A stretch of DNA of 46,205 bases, taken from assembly GCA_946486465.1 (NCBI GenBank), contig CAMLTY010000004.1, forward strand, positions 1 to 46,205, read 5' to 3'. The notes below the pieces were generated by a model. It searched no databases, was not told where the DNA came from, and saw nothing but the letters and a program-made list of their open reading frames with translations. Within the stretch, counting starts at the first letter, position 1; each line of letters starts with the position of its first letter. The DNA comes from an uncultured Mycoplasmatota bacterium (GTDB taxonomy: Bacteria > Bacillota_I > Bacilli_A > RF39 > UBA660). Positions 1 to 10,219 of the stretch are shown here, one piece after another. A program made the translations under genes and the position numbers.

Positions 1-42
1 GCTATTTGATATATCTAGAACTAAATAGTCATCCCACAACTT

Positions 43-3000
43 TTGTGCAAGAACCAAGATTTTTATAAATTAATAAAAAAAGAGTTTGAAAATTTTAATG
101 AAAATTATGCACATTTTATTAATGAAATAGAATACTCTAAAAATGTTGGATTAAAAAATATAGAGACTTTAATTAATAATGAGTATGAAATTGATAGAAA
201 AGCTATTATATCAAAAATAAAATTAGAAAATAAACAATTTATTTCTATACAAGGTGAAGCAGGATGTGGTAAATCAGCTTTATGTAAAAAACTTATAGAA
301 AATGAAAAAATTATTTTATATTCTCGTGCAGAAAAATTTGTTGAATCAAAACATTTAGAAGATATTTGGGGATTTGATGTTAACAAAATATTGGAGCTTA
401 TAAATGGTAAAAAAATTTTTTTCTTTATAGATGCGTTAGAATTTATTGCTGATGCATCAAAAATACAATTAGATTTATTTGAAACTCTATATAGTTTAGT
501 GGAAAAATATGAGAATGCTTATATAATTACATCATGTAGAACGAACGATAAAAATGCTTTTTTAAAATTAGAGTCAAATTATTCAATTCAAACTTATAAA
601 ATAGATGATATAAATTCCAAAGAATTGGAAAAAATCAAAAATAAATATAATATTATTAAAATAATTTCGGAAAATAAAAATTATTCAGCTTTATTAAAAA
701 CTCCTTTTTATATAAATCTAATAGTAAGCAATTCATTAGATATTAAGAATATTGATAAAACTAATAATTTTCGTAAATATATATGGGAATACATAATTTG
801 TTTAAAAGAAAAATGTAAAAATTACAAAATATCATATACTAAAGTAATGAAGGAAATAAATAAGATTGTGTTTGATAGAGCGAAGAAATTTTCACTAGGA
901 ACTAATGTAAATGTTATTGATGCTAAAATATTACAAATATTAAAAACAGAAGGAGTTATTATTGATAATAAATATGGTGTAAGATTAAAATATGACATAT
1001 ATGAAGATATATGTTTTGAAATATATTTTGATAATCAATTTAAATTATGTAAAGGAGAATATTTGAGTTTTTATCAGAATATTGAGAAGATGGGAAGGTG
1101 TGTTTATAGGAGATATCAAATATGGATTTCAAATAAATTATTTATCAATGAAAGTAAGGATAAGTTTTTGTATAAATTAATTTTTTTCAATAATGTATCT
1201 GATGAATGGAAAAAGCAGACTGAAATAGGAATAGTTAAATCAGATTATTGTAAAGATTTTTTTTGTGATTATGAGAGAGAAATATTGGAGAATAATCTAT
1301 TAGAAGAATTTATAGATGTAATAAATTTATTTTCGTTTGACTCTAAAATAATAAATATAAAACAAAATTTTCCAATATTACAATTACACCCGATTGGATA
1401 TGGAAGGACTTGTGTAATCAAAATTTTATATAAAAATTTAATATATAAACAAGAAAATATTGATTGTAGAAAAATAATCAAGTTATGTTCAGACTATATT
1501 TTACAAAACAATACTAAAAATGAAATAATTAATCATACTTGCGAGATATTAGAATACTATGTGGATTTAAAAGTAAACGGAAATATCATAGATTATTATA
1601 AAATTATCGATGATATTGATATGTGCCTGATTGGTATATATGGAGCTGCTAAATATTCTAATGAATGGATAAAAAAGTTATTTAGAAAACTTTCAGGCTA
1701 TTTATTAAGCGATAATAAAAGCAAAAAAAGAATTGCTCAAGAAGTTATAAATTGGACGTTAAAAAAATCGAATTTTAATATGTTAAAATTTTGTACAAAA
1801 GAATTTTGTATGTTATTAGATAATTATTGGTTAGATTCACATGATACTAATGATGAATACAATTATAACTATGAAATTTCTAATGATTACAAATATGGAT
1901 TAAGGCGGAAAGTATCAAATTATATTTATGATTTTAGAAAGGTAACAGATAACGTATTCTTAAACAATCTGTATTATGTAAACTTTAAACAAGGCTTCGA
2001 ATGGACAATAGATTTTATAAATCAATGTGTAGAAAATTATTATCAAAAATATTCTAATGAAATATTAAAAATTCAAATAAAATTTCAAGATGATAAGATT
2101 CGAGAATATTATGGAAATCCCAAGATGTGGGTAGCTGGGATTATAGAATATTCAGTTCCTACGTTAATTGCAGATATAGTATATTGTCTAAAAAATTTTA
2201 TATTAAAATATTTAGAAACATATAAAAACAATATAAAATTATTTAAAAATTTTTCGGAATATATTAAAAATAATATATATGCAAAAGCAAATAATATAAT
2301 CTTATTGACTATAATTGAAAGCGTTGGTATGAATTTTGAAAAAGAATTACCAAGTTATGCTATAGATTTAGCAACAAGTATTGAAATAATAAATTGGGAT
2401 ACAAGTAGATATACTTTATACTTGCCTAATTCAACACTAGACAGTTTAAAACAGCAGATATTATTGGCAGCAGGAGTGCCAAACTTAGAAGATAGATATA
2501 TACTTGATAAAAAATGTGATATGCATATACAGTCATATATTGCAAATTTGCAAATATATTTTGGAGAAGAAATTAGGCATAGAGCGTATGAAATTATTGA
2601 TTACTTATATTCTAAATTTAATAATGATAAAGAAGATTCAATTAATTATTTACAAATTCAAAAAATGGATTTAAGAAATGCTAAGGTGACTAAAATAAAT
2701 GATAATACATTTATGCTAGAGACAAAAATAACAGGTGAAGCAGAAAAAATAGTTGAGAAGCAAAAAGAATTATGTGAACCAGAAAATGAATTATATGAAG
2801 AAATTTTAAAATATAAGAATAATAATGATAGTACTGATGAAATTGTTAAAATAGTTAATAAATTATTAAATATGTGTTCTGATGAAAATATGAACATTAA
2901 ATATGAAGGTTTGTTAATTGCATTTATCGCTGCAGCACTAAATAAAGAAGACTTAACCACAGAAAAGAGAAATGAATATTGTTTAGTATGGGTAAGTGGA

Positions 3001-4320
3001 ATAAATAAAATTTTTGAAAATGATACATTTAATTCGGAAATATCTTTATTTCCAATATTACTAAATCAGCTATCAAAGAATATTAGTGTTGATGTAAATA
3101 ATAATATAAAAAATCTTATGTTAAAAATAATTTTAAATGAAGGACATAATGGCATAATATATAATTATTATAGTTATTTAAAACAATACCTTTTTCAAAA
3201 TAAAAAAATTGCGAAATTAATTTTTAATACTATTGTTCAGTTGGCATATGATGAAATGCAACACCAAAAATATAATGCTAATTATTTGAAAAAATTAAAT
3301 AATAAAGAAGATTTTATATTTGTCCCGAACATGCAACCAAAACTATATGGTGTAGATAAATATATAGAAAATAGTGAATATGACAATTATATTAGTCAGA
3401 AAGACAATATAATTCAAAAGTATCTGTATTGTGAAGAAGAATTAGAAATAAATTCATTTAAGATGAATAATTATGATATATCAACACTTTGTTATGTTTC
3501 TAATTGTGGCATGGATTATGATGATGAAAATTTTTCAAATATAATGGAGAATATCTTGAATTGCATTATTGAAATCAACAATAAAATTGACCATCCCTAT
3601 AAAATAATCGATAGTTATAATCAAAGAGAAATTATTGATCATTTTAATAGGAAAATTATTAAAAGTAATAATAATTGGGAAAAAGTGGTTAATTTACTGT
3701 TTGATAAAGTCAATTTTTCGGAATTCTCGCATAATAATATTGAATTGTATGAAGATATTTTTAGTGGATTTTCTTGTGAATTTTATGATTCGTATGTTGA
3801 AAAAAATAGAAGACTACTTTGCAAGAAAAAAATCAAATATATTGAAGATAAAATTACTAATATTCCAGTGTTAGTTGTAAAGAAATGCTTGTTTAAAATT
3901 TTATTTTTTTCAATTAATAGATATTATCACTGGGATATAGAAAAATGTAAAACTTCATATGAATATAGTGATAAAATGTTCCTAAATAATCAATTAATAA
4001 AATATGGAAGTTATTATCCTAAGGAAGCAATTTATACATTGTATCAATTAAACATTGATGAATTGTTGCCTGAAATTTTGATTTCTGTAGAGAGTATACT
4101 ATCTACAACAAAATTAGATAATAATAAATTAATTGAAGAATTAAAAGGCGATAGTGAACAAATTATTAATATGATAATTGTCAAAGCGTTTGTTTATTAT
4201 AGCGATAAAATTAAGGAAGATAAAGAGTTAATTGAATCATATGAAAAATTATTAAAAAGACTAATAGAATTAAATTTTTCTAATGCATGCATAATATTAG
4301 ATGAATTTAGAGTACATTAA
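43..4320 (+). CDS. Large P-loop NTPase, probably STAND class, with a long helical C-terminus (AVAST/Avs-like antiviral sensor); N-terminus uncertain
   Basis: 1425 aa ORF with Walker A GEAGCGKS near aa 72, Walker B FFFIDALE, an IITSCR motif, then about 1100 aa without recognisable motifs. Lies directly upstream of hsdR. The TTG start has no RBS. Confidence 0.6.
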   Translation: MCKNQDFYKLIKKEFENFNENYAHFINEIEYSKNVGLKNIETLINNEYEIDRKAIISKIKLENKQFISIQGEAGCGKSALCKKLIENEKIILYSRAEKFVESKHLEDIWGFDVNKILELINGKKIFFFIDALEFIADASKIQLDLFETLYSLVEKYENAYIITSCRTNDKNAFLKLESNYSIQTYKIDDINSKELEKIKNKYNIIKIISENKNYSALLKTPFYINLIVSNSLDIKNIDKTNNFRKYIWEYIICLKEKCKNYKISYTKVMKEINKIVFDRAKKFSLGTNVNVIDAKILQILKTEGVIIDNKYGVRLKYDIYEDICFEIYFDNQFKLCKGEYLSFYQNIEKMGRCVYRRYQIWISNKLFINESKDKFLYKLIFFNNVSDEWKKQTEIGIVKSDYCKDFFCDYEREILENNLLEEFIDVINLFSFDSKIINIKQNFPILQLHPIGYGRTCVIKILYKNLIYKQENIDCRKIIKLCSDYILQNNTKNEIINHTCEILEYYVDLKVNGNIIDYYKIIDDIDMCLIGIYGAAKYSNEWIKKLFRKLSGYLLSDNKSKKRIAQEVINWTLKKSNFNMLKFCTKEFCMLLDNYWLDSHDTNDEYNYNYEISNDYKYGLRRKVSNYIYDFRKVTDNVFLNNLYYVNFKQGFEWTIDFINQCVENYYQKYSNEILKIQIKFQDDKIREYYGNPKMWVAGIIEYSVPTLIADIVYCLKNFILKYLETYKNNIKLFKNFSEYIKNNIYAKANNIILLTIIESVGMNFEKELPSYAIDLATSIEIINWDTSRYTLYLPNSTLDSLKQQILLAAGVPNLEDRYILDKKCDMHIQSYIANLQIYFGEEIRHRAYEIIDYLYSKFNNDKEDSINYLQIQKMDLRNAKVTKINDNTFMLETKITGEAEKIVEKQKELCEPENELYEEILKYKNNNDSTDEIVKIVNKLLNMCSDENMNIKYEGLLIAFIAAALNKEDLTTEKRNEYCLVWVSGINKIFENDTFNSEISLFPILLNQLSKNISVDVNNNIKNLMLKIILNEGHNGIIYNYYSYLKQYLFQNKKIAKLIFNTIVQLAYDEMQHQKYNANYLKKLNNKEDFIFVPNMQPKLYGVDKYIENSEYDNYISQKDNIIQKYLYCEEELEINSFKMNNYDISTLCYVSNCGMDYDDENFSNIMENILNCIIEINNKIDHPYKIIDSYNQREIIDHFNRKIIKSNNNWEKVVNLLFDKVNFSEFSHNNIELYEDIFSGFSCEFYDSYVEKNRRLLCKKKIKYIEDKITNIPVLVVKKCLFKILFFSINRYYHWDIEKCKTSYEYSDKMFLNNQLIKYGSYYPKEAIYTLYQLNIDELLPEILISVESILSTTKLDNNKLIEELKGDSEQIINMIIVKAFVYYSDKIKEDKELIESYEKLLKRLIELNFSNACIILDEFRVH

Positions 4321-4407
4321 GTCGGCGGAAATAGATTTCTAACTATAAATATATTAAGTATTCATATTGCCTGTTTCTCAACAATACTGTTAAAACACAA
4401 AGTTTAA

Positions 4408-4416
4408 TGTTATAAT
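4408..4416 (+). promoter_or_regulatory. Extended -10 promoter for the hsdR-hsdM operon
   Basis: TGTTATAAT (TGnTATAAT) ending 33 nt upstream of the hsdR ATG. Confidence 0.6.
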
Positions 4417-4449
4417 AAAGTAGACATAAATTGAAGAAAGTGGTGTAGT

Positions 4450-7203
4450 ATGGGAGTATATGAAAGTGAAGCTAAATTAGAAGAAAAGTTAATTGACCAA
4501 TTGGTAAAACAAGGATATAAAAAAGTTCAAATAGATACTGTAGAAGATTTAGAAAGAAATTTTAGAGAACAAATTAATGAACACAATAAATTTAGATTAG
4601 AAGAGAAACCTTTAAGTGATAAAGAATTTGAACGATTAATGATTAAAATATCTGGTAAAGGTGTTTTCCAAAGTGCAAAAGAGTTAAGACAATTACAAGA
4701 TATACAACGAGATGATGGGACTATCGCTTATATAGAATTGTTTAATACTAGGGAATGGTGTCAGAATATTTTTCAAGTCACTCACCAAACTACAGTTGAA
4801 GGAAAATATACTAATAGATATGATGTGACTCTACTTATAAATGGATTACCTCTTGTCCAGATTGAATTAAAACGTAGAGGTATGGACATGAAAGAAGCTT
4901 TTAATCAAATTAAAAGATATAAAAGACATTCCTATAGTGGATTATATAAATTTATACAAATATTTATTATTAGTAATGGAGTAGATACTAAATACTTTGC
5001 TAACGGAGACCAAGAATTAAATTATGGCTTTACTTTTTATTGGACAGATGTAAATAACGAAAGAATCAATAATTTAGAACATTTTTGCTTAACATTCTTA
5101 GATAGATGTCAAATAGGAAAAGTTATTGCTAGATATATGATTTTAAATCAAACTGAGAAAATGCTATTAGTAATGAGACCATACCAAATTTATGCTGTTG
5201 AAAATATTGTATCAAGAGCACTTGATACAAATAATAATGGTTATGTATGGCACACAACAGGATCAGGAAAAACGATAACGTCATTTAAAACAAGTCAAAT
5301 ACTGGCTAAGGAACCATCAATTAATCAAGTTTTCTTTTTAGTAGATAGAAAAGATTTAGATAAACAAACTTTAGATGAATTCAATAAATTTAAACCGGGT
5401 TGTGTCGATTTAACAAATAACACAGATAAATTAATTGAACAAATGAAAGATAGTACCAAAGATTTAATTGTAACAACAATTCAAAAAATGGCAAATGCTT
5501 GTTCTAATGCTAAATATGCACCAATTTTAGAAAAGTATAAAGATTTAAAAACGGTATTTATTATAGATGAATGTCATCGTTCACAATTTGGAGATATGCA
5601 TAGACAAATATCTAAAACATTTACAAATGCTCAATATTTTGGATTTACTGGTACTCCGAGATTTAAAGAAAATCCATCACAAGATGGCAGAAGTACTGCC
5701 GATATATTTGAAAAATGTTTACACACATATTTAATTAAAGATGCTATAAAAGACGGTAATGTTTTAGGATTTTCTGTAGATTATATGAAATTTGTAGATT
5801 ATAACTCTAATCAAACAGAAGAGGATGTAATGGTGGAAGGCATAGATACAGAAGAAGTGTTTATAGCAGATGACCGAGTAAGATTAATTGCTCAAGATAT
5901 TATTGATCATCATAATACTAAAACTAGAGATAGAAAATATAATGCATTATTTACAGTTTCTTCTATTCCTTTGTTAGTTAAGTATTATAATATGTTTAAA
6001 TCTTTAAATCACGATTTAAAAATCGTAGTCATATTTACTTATGGTGCTAATGAAGATTTAGATAAAAATTCAGAACATTCTAGAGAATCATTAGATAAAA
6101 TAATTGATGACTATAATAAAATGTATAATACTAATTTTTCATCTAGTACTTTTGATGCTTACTTTAGAGATATATGTAAAAAAATAAAAAATACTGAAAT
6201 AGATATTGTTATCGTTGTTAATATGTTATTAACTGGATTTGATGCAAAAAGATTAAATACTTTATATGTGGATAAAAGTTTAAAATATCATGACTTAATA
6301 CAAGCTTTTTCAAGAACAAATAGAGTGGAATCAGAAACTAAACCTTTTGGAAATATTGTGTGCTATAGAACTACTAAAGAGCGAGTAGATGAAGCAGTTA
6401 AATTGTTCTCACAGACAGATAGTATTGACACGGTTATAATGGCTCCATATGAAGACTATTTAAACAAATTTAAAGTAGCAGTTTCAGAGTTGTTAAAAAT
6501 TACTCCTGTAGTTGATTCAGTAGATTCACTAGAACGAGAAGAGGATATTAAAGCATTTATCATAGCATTTAGGACAGTAGCTAAGCTTTTAGTAAGTTTA
6601 AGAACTTTTAATGAGTTTGATTTAGATAATGGTGATACAGATTTAAACGCTCAAATGTTTGAAGATTACAAAAGTAAATATTATAAACTTTATAGAAGAT
6701 TATCAAATGATAAAGAAAAAAGTTCAATATTAAATGATGTTACGTTTTCACTTGAATTAATTCAAACAGATAAAATAAATGTTTCGTATATTTTAAATTT
6801 AATTAGAAATGTTGATTTAACTAATGAAGAGCAAAAGAAGAAAGATATTGAAGATATTGAGAGTAAACTAGTTAATATTACTGATGATGAATTATTCTTA
6901 AAAGCTGATTTAATTAAGAGCTTTTTAAAATCAATTTTACCAACATTAAAAGAAGATGATTCTATTGATGAAGCGCTAGATAAACATATGAATGTAGAAA
7001 GAGAAAAAGAAATAGAAAAATTCTCAAAAGATAATAATATCAATTTAGATAATTTAAAAGAAATTATTGATGAATATGAATATAGTGGAATTTTCCCAGA
7101 TAGTTTAATTGGTAAATCCATTGATGCACCATTTTTAAAGAAAATATCAATTATTGAAAATATTAAAGGATTTATCAGAAATTTATTAAAGAAGTATATG
7201 TAG
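4450..7203 (+). CDS. hsdR: Type I restriction endonuclease subunit R
   Basis: Nuclease motif RYDVTLLINGLPLVQIELKR, Walker A WHTTGSGKT, DECH box, FTGTP, MLLTGFD, QAFSRTNR. Confidence 0.97.
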   Translation: MGVYESEAKLEEKLIDQLVKQGYKKVQIDTVEDLERNFREQINEHNKFRLEEKPLSDKEFERLMIKISGKGVFQSAKELRQLQDIQRDDGTIAYIELFNTREWCQNIFQVTHQTTVEGKYTNRYDVTLLINGLPLVQIELKRRGMDMKEAFNQIKRYKRHSYSGLYKFIQIFIISNGVDTKYFANGDQELNYGFTFYWTDVNNERINNLEHFCLTFLDRCQIGKVIARYMILNQTEKMLLVMRPYQIYAVENIVSRALDTNNNGYVWHTTGSGKTITSFKTSQILAKEPSINQVFFLVDRKDLDKQTLDEFNKFKPGCVDLTNNTDKLIEQMKDSTKDLIVTTIQKMANACSNAKYAPILEKYKDLKTVFIIDECHRSQFGDMHRQISKTFTNAQYFGFTGTPRFKENPSQDGRSTADIFEKCLHTYLIKDAIKDGNVLGFSVDYMKFVDYNSNQTEEDVMVEGIDTEEVFIADDRVRLIAQDIIDHHNTKTRDRKYNALFTVSSIPLLVKYYNMFKSLNHDLKIVVIFTYGANEDLDKNSEHSRESLDKIIDDYNKMYNTNFSSSTFDAYFRDICKKIKNTEIDIVIVVNMLLTGFDAKRLNTLYVDKSLKYHDLIQAFSRTNRVESETKPFGNIVCYRTTKERVDEAVKLFSQTDSIDTVIMAPYEDYLNKFKVAVSELLKITPVVDSVDSLEREEDIKAFIIAFRTVAKLLVSLRTFNEFDLDNGDTDLNAQMFEDYKSKYYKLYRRLSNDKEKSSILNDVTFSLELIQTDKINVSYILNLIRNVDLTNEEQKKKDIEDIESKLVNITDDELFLKADLIKSFLKSILPTLKEDDSIDEALDKHMNVEREKEIEKFSKDNNINLDNLKEIIDEYEYSGIFPDSLIGKSIDAPFLKKISIIENIKGFIRNLLKKYM

Positions 7204-7212
7204 GAGGAAGTT

Positions 7213-8775
7213 ATGTCAAGAGAAGAAAAACAACAAACACAACAAGCAGAGTTACAAAAACAATTATGGAGCATTGCTAATTCCTTAAGAGGAAATATGG
7301 ATGCTAATGATTTTAAAAATTATATTTTAGGATTAATTTTTTATAAATATTTATCAGAAAACTTAGTAAATTACGTTAATAAAGTATATTTAAAAAGCGA
7401 TAATATGACATACGAAGAGGCTTGGCAAAAAGAAGAGTATAGAGAAGCTTTAAAAAGTCAATTAATTAACGATTCTAACATGGGGTATTACCTTGACTCA
7501 GATTATTTATGGAGTACTTTAATAAAGAAAATTAAAACAGGTAAGTTTGATATATCTATGCTACAAAAAGCAGTTAATATTATTTCTGAATCAACATTAG
7601 GTAATGAATCTGAAGACGATTTTGAAAATCTATTTGAAGATATGGATTTAAACAATTCAAAATTAGGTAGAGGAGTAAACGAAAGGACAGAATTAATATC
7701 TACAATCATGTTAAAAATAGATGACATTGATTTCCATCATGAGGACGCCGAGATTGATGTATTAGGTGATGCTTATGAATATTTAATTTCTAATTTTGCT
7801 GCATCAGCAGGTAAAAAAGCGGGAGAGTTTTATACACCACAACAAGTATCAAGAATTTTAGCCAAACTAGTTACAATCAATAAAGCAAAATTACAATCAG
7901 TATATGATCCAACTTGTGGATCAGGATCATTACTTCTAAGAGTAGGAAAAGAAACGAATGTTGCTAAATACTACGGTCAAGAATTAAATTCAACAACATA
8001 CAACTTAGCAAGAATGAATATGTTGCTACATGGTATTTCATTTAAACATTTTGACATTAAAAATGCTGATACTTTAACAAATCCCAAACATCTTGATTTA
8101 ACGTTTGACGCAATTGTCGCTAATCCACCATATTCAGCACAATGGAGTGCGGACCCTAAATTCTTGGAAGATGAAAGATTTAGTGCATATGGTAAATTAG
8201 CGCCAAAATCAAAAGCGGACTATGCCTTTATTCAACATATGATTTATCAACTATCAGATAGCGGAACAATGGCTGTTGTTCTACCTCATGGAGTTTTATT
8301 TAGAGGAGCTAGTGAGGGAGTAATCAGAAAATATTTAATAAAAGAGAAAAATTATCTAGATGCAGTAATAGGATTACCAGCAAATATTTTTTATGGAACT
8401 AGTATTCCAACCTGTATTTTAGTGTTTAAAAAATGTAGAGAACATGAAGAAAATATTTTATTTATTGATGCATCAAAAGATTTTGAGCCAGGTAAAAATC
8501 AAAATAGGTTAAGAGATTCTGATGTAGATAAAATTATTCAAACTTATATTGAAAGAAAAGAAGTAGAAAAATACTGCCATGTTGCACCGTTATCAGAAAT
8601 AGAAGAGAATGAATACAACTTAAATATTCCTAGATATGTTGATACTTTTGAAGAAGAAGAACCAATTGATATTAAACAAGTGCAAAAAGATTTAAAAGAA
8701 ATTGATAAACAAATTGCTGAAGTTGATAAAGAACTTAATGTTTACTTAAAGGAACTTGGATTGGAGGAAATTTAA
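7213..8775 (+). CDS. hsdM: Type I restriction-modification methyltransferase subunit M (N6-adenine)
   Basis: LWSIANSLRG, GEFYTP, SAM-binding YDPTCGSGSL, catalytic ANPPY, YNLNIPRYV; RBS AGGAGG. Confidence 0.97.
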   Translation: MSREEKQQTQQAELQKQLWSIANSLRGNMDANDFKNYILGLIFYKYLSENLVNYVNKVYLKSDNMTYEEAWQKEEYREALKSQLINDSNMGYYLDSDYLWSTLIKKIKTGKFDISMLQKAVNIISESTLGNESEDDFENLFEDMDLNNSKLGRGVNERTELISTIMLKIDDIDFHHEDAEIDVLGDAYEYLISNFAASAGKKAGEFYTPQQVSRILAKLVTINKAKLQSVYDPTCGSGSLLLRVGKETNVAKYYGQELNSTTYNLARMNMLLHGISFKHFDIKNADTLTNPKHLDLTFDAIVANPPYSAQWSADPKFLEDERFSAYGKLAPKSKADYAFIQHMIYQLSDSGTMAVVLPHGVLFRGASEGVIRKYLIKEKNYLDAVIGLPANIFYGTSIPTCILVFKKCREHEENILFIDASKDFEPGKNQNRLRDSDVDKIIQTYIERKEVEKYCHVAPLSEIEENEYNLNIPRYVDTFEEEEPIDIKQVQKDLKEIDKQIAEVDKELNVYLKELGLEEI

Positions 8776-8990
8776 TGAATAACATGGAATTTAATACAAA
8801 ACAGGAAATAATAAAAAATGTAGAAGAAAGTTCGTCTTTTCGATTTAAAGAGGAAAAAAATAATACTATAATTTTTTACGATAGAAGAGGGAATATTAGA
8901 GTTATTGAATATGAAATAACTGATGCTGATAAAATTAAAGTTAGTAAAGATGATAACATAATAAAACCATTACCTTTATCCAAACTATAA
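8775..8990 (+). CDS. Small hypothetical protein (71 aa) translationally coupled to hsdM
   Basis: TAATG stop/start overlap with hsdM, RBS GGAGG upstream, and a terminator hairpin immediately after the ORF. Confidence 0.65.
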   Translation: MNNMEFNTKQEIIKNVEESSSFRFKEEKNNTIIFYDRRGNIRVIEYEITDADKIKVSKDDNIIKPLPLSKL

Positions 8991-8994
8991 AAGT

Positions 8995-9037
8995 AAAAAG
9001 GACTTATATAAACATATTTTGCATAAGTCCTTTTTTT
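8995..9037. terminator. Probable bidirectional intrinsic terminator between the hsdRM operon and the convergent hsdS-A
   Basis: Perfect 13-bp inverted repeat AAAAAGGACTTAT (8995-9007) / ATAAGTCCTTTTT (9023-9035) with a 15-nt loop and T-runs on both strands. Confidence 0.6.
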
Positions 9038-10128
9038 AATAAGTTCAATTTTTTTAGTTTAGATATTTCTAAAGGCAATTTAGACTCTAATAGATTGAAT
9101 TTTTTTATATATATTAGTTGTTCATCAATACTAATAATTGGTATTTTATGTTTTGCTATATCAGATCTTATTATTTGTGGTTGCCCTGATCCAGATATAA
9201 GATATTTGAGATTTTGAGATTCCAAAATAAGTTTTAAATAATCTTTATTTATATTTGGATTATTATCAACATTTATTACCATAGAATTGCCGTTAATCCA
9301 GCAATATTCTGGAGTTTTATTTATGGAGCCTGAATTTTCTCCTCTACAACTAATCGTAATTTGGGGTAATTTATGATTGAAGTTAGAATTAAATCCAATT
9401 ATTCCGTTAGCACCAAATACTGGATATACCCCTTTTTTTAATTGCTTTTGTGATAATGTTCGTGGTTGATATATTTGAGCAACATTATTTAATTGAGATA
9501 AATTTTTGCTCTTGATTTTATTATACTCACATTTTAATAGTCCTTTTTTAAATAACTTAAGGGCATCAATTTTCTTAGTTTGTAGTTCTATTTTTTTATT
9601 CACCAATTCAATTAATCTACCAACTCTATCCTGTTCTTTTTTATTAGGAATATTAATACAGATGTTTCCTACTTGCTCTAGGCTTAAATTAGGTTGAGCT
9701 CCAACAGATTGGCATTTATTAATATAGCTTTTAATATCAAAATGATGTAATCTCTCCATCAAATAATATAAGTTGTAATCATTCAAGTTATCGAGCCTGA
9801 TTATCGAACATGCTTGATTTGTATTTGCTGGTAATTCTTCTTTTGTTACTATAGCAGTTCTTCCTAATGCTCCTGCAATAGAAAATAATATATCATATTC
9901 TTTTAATATAGATCTTTTTAATTCATTATTATGAGTTTCATACGAAATATATGAATTAATATTTTTTATTTGATTATCTAATAGATTTTCTACTTTAATA
10001 AAGTTAACACCAGAGTCAGTATATTTTCTTGGCGTTGTACCTTTAGTTATTAATTTTGTCATATTCTTTAATTTGATTTTCTTATAATTTTCACTAAATT
10101 CACTAAATCTTAACTTTGGTACATTCAT
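9004..10128 (-). CDS. hsdS: Type I R-M specificity subunit S, allele A (two TRDs)
   Basis: MNVPKLRFSEF N-terminus, TRD1 (KGTTP...QPNLS), central helix EQDRVG...LKLFKKGLL, TRD2 (YPVFGANG...GSGQPQI), C-terminus LKKGLMQNMFI. ATG at 10128 follows RBS GGAAAGTG with the same spacing as hsdS-B. Confidence 0.95.
   Translation of the reverse strand: MNVPKLRFSEFSENYKKIKLKNMTKLITKGTTPRKYTDSGVNFIKVENLLDNQIKNINSYISYETHNNELKRSILKEYDILFSIAGALGRTAIVTKEELPANTNQACSIIRLDNLNDYNLYYLMERLHHFDIKSYINKCQSVGAQPNLSLEQVGNICINIPNKKEQDRVGRLIELVNKKIELQTKKIDALKLFKKGLLKCEYNKIKSKNLSQLNNVAQIYQPRTLSQKQLKKGVYPVFGANGIIGFNSNFNHKLPQITISCRGENSGSINKTPEYCWINGNSMVINVDNNPNINKDYLKLILESQNLKYLISGSGQPQIIRSDIAKHKIPIISIDEQLIYIKKFNLLESKLPLEISKLKKLNLLKKGLMQNMFI
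9008..9032. repeat. IR4 left copy: 25-bp hsdS 3'-end sequence, inverted partner at 13055-13079
   Basis: Exact reverse complement of AAGGACTTATGCAAAATATGTTTAT. Confidence 0.8.
9533..9555. repeat. IR3 left copy: 23 bp in the hsdS-A central region, inverted partner at 12472-12494
   Basis: Exact reverse complement of TTATTTAAAAAAGGACTATTAAA. Confidence 0.9.
9547..9597. repeat. IR2 left copy: 51 bp in the hsdS-A central region, inverted partner at 11825-11875
   Basis: 48/51 identity to the partner, with a perfect 18-bp block GCCCTTAAGTTATTTAAA. Confidence 0.9.
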
Positions 10129-10133
10129 ACACA

Positions 10134-10160
10134 ATCACTTTCCAATCCTTAAGTTTAATA
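10134..10160. repeat. IR1 left copy: perfect 27-bp inverted repeat containing the hsdS RBS, partner at 11235-11261
   Basis: ATCACTTTCCAATCCTTAAGTTTAATA is the exact reverse complement of TATTAAACTTAAGGATTGGAAAGTGAT. Confidence 0.97.
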
Positions 10161-10185
10161 AATAGATATTTATTTCTTCATAAAA

Positions 10186-10194
10186 AGTATATCA
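10186..10194 (-). promoter_or_regulatory. Candidate extended -10 promoter inside the IR1-bounded segment, pointing at hsdS-A
   Basis: The minus strand reads ATATGATATACT (TGnTATACT), similar to the ATATGATAGAAT and ATGATATAAT promoters elsewhere in the window. Confidence 0.55.
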
Positions 10195-10219
10195 TATTTT
10201 TCATAAAAAAGAAAAAGTC

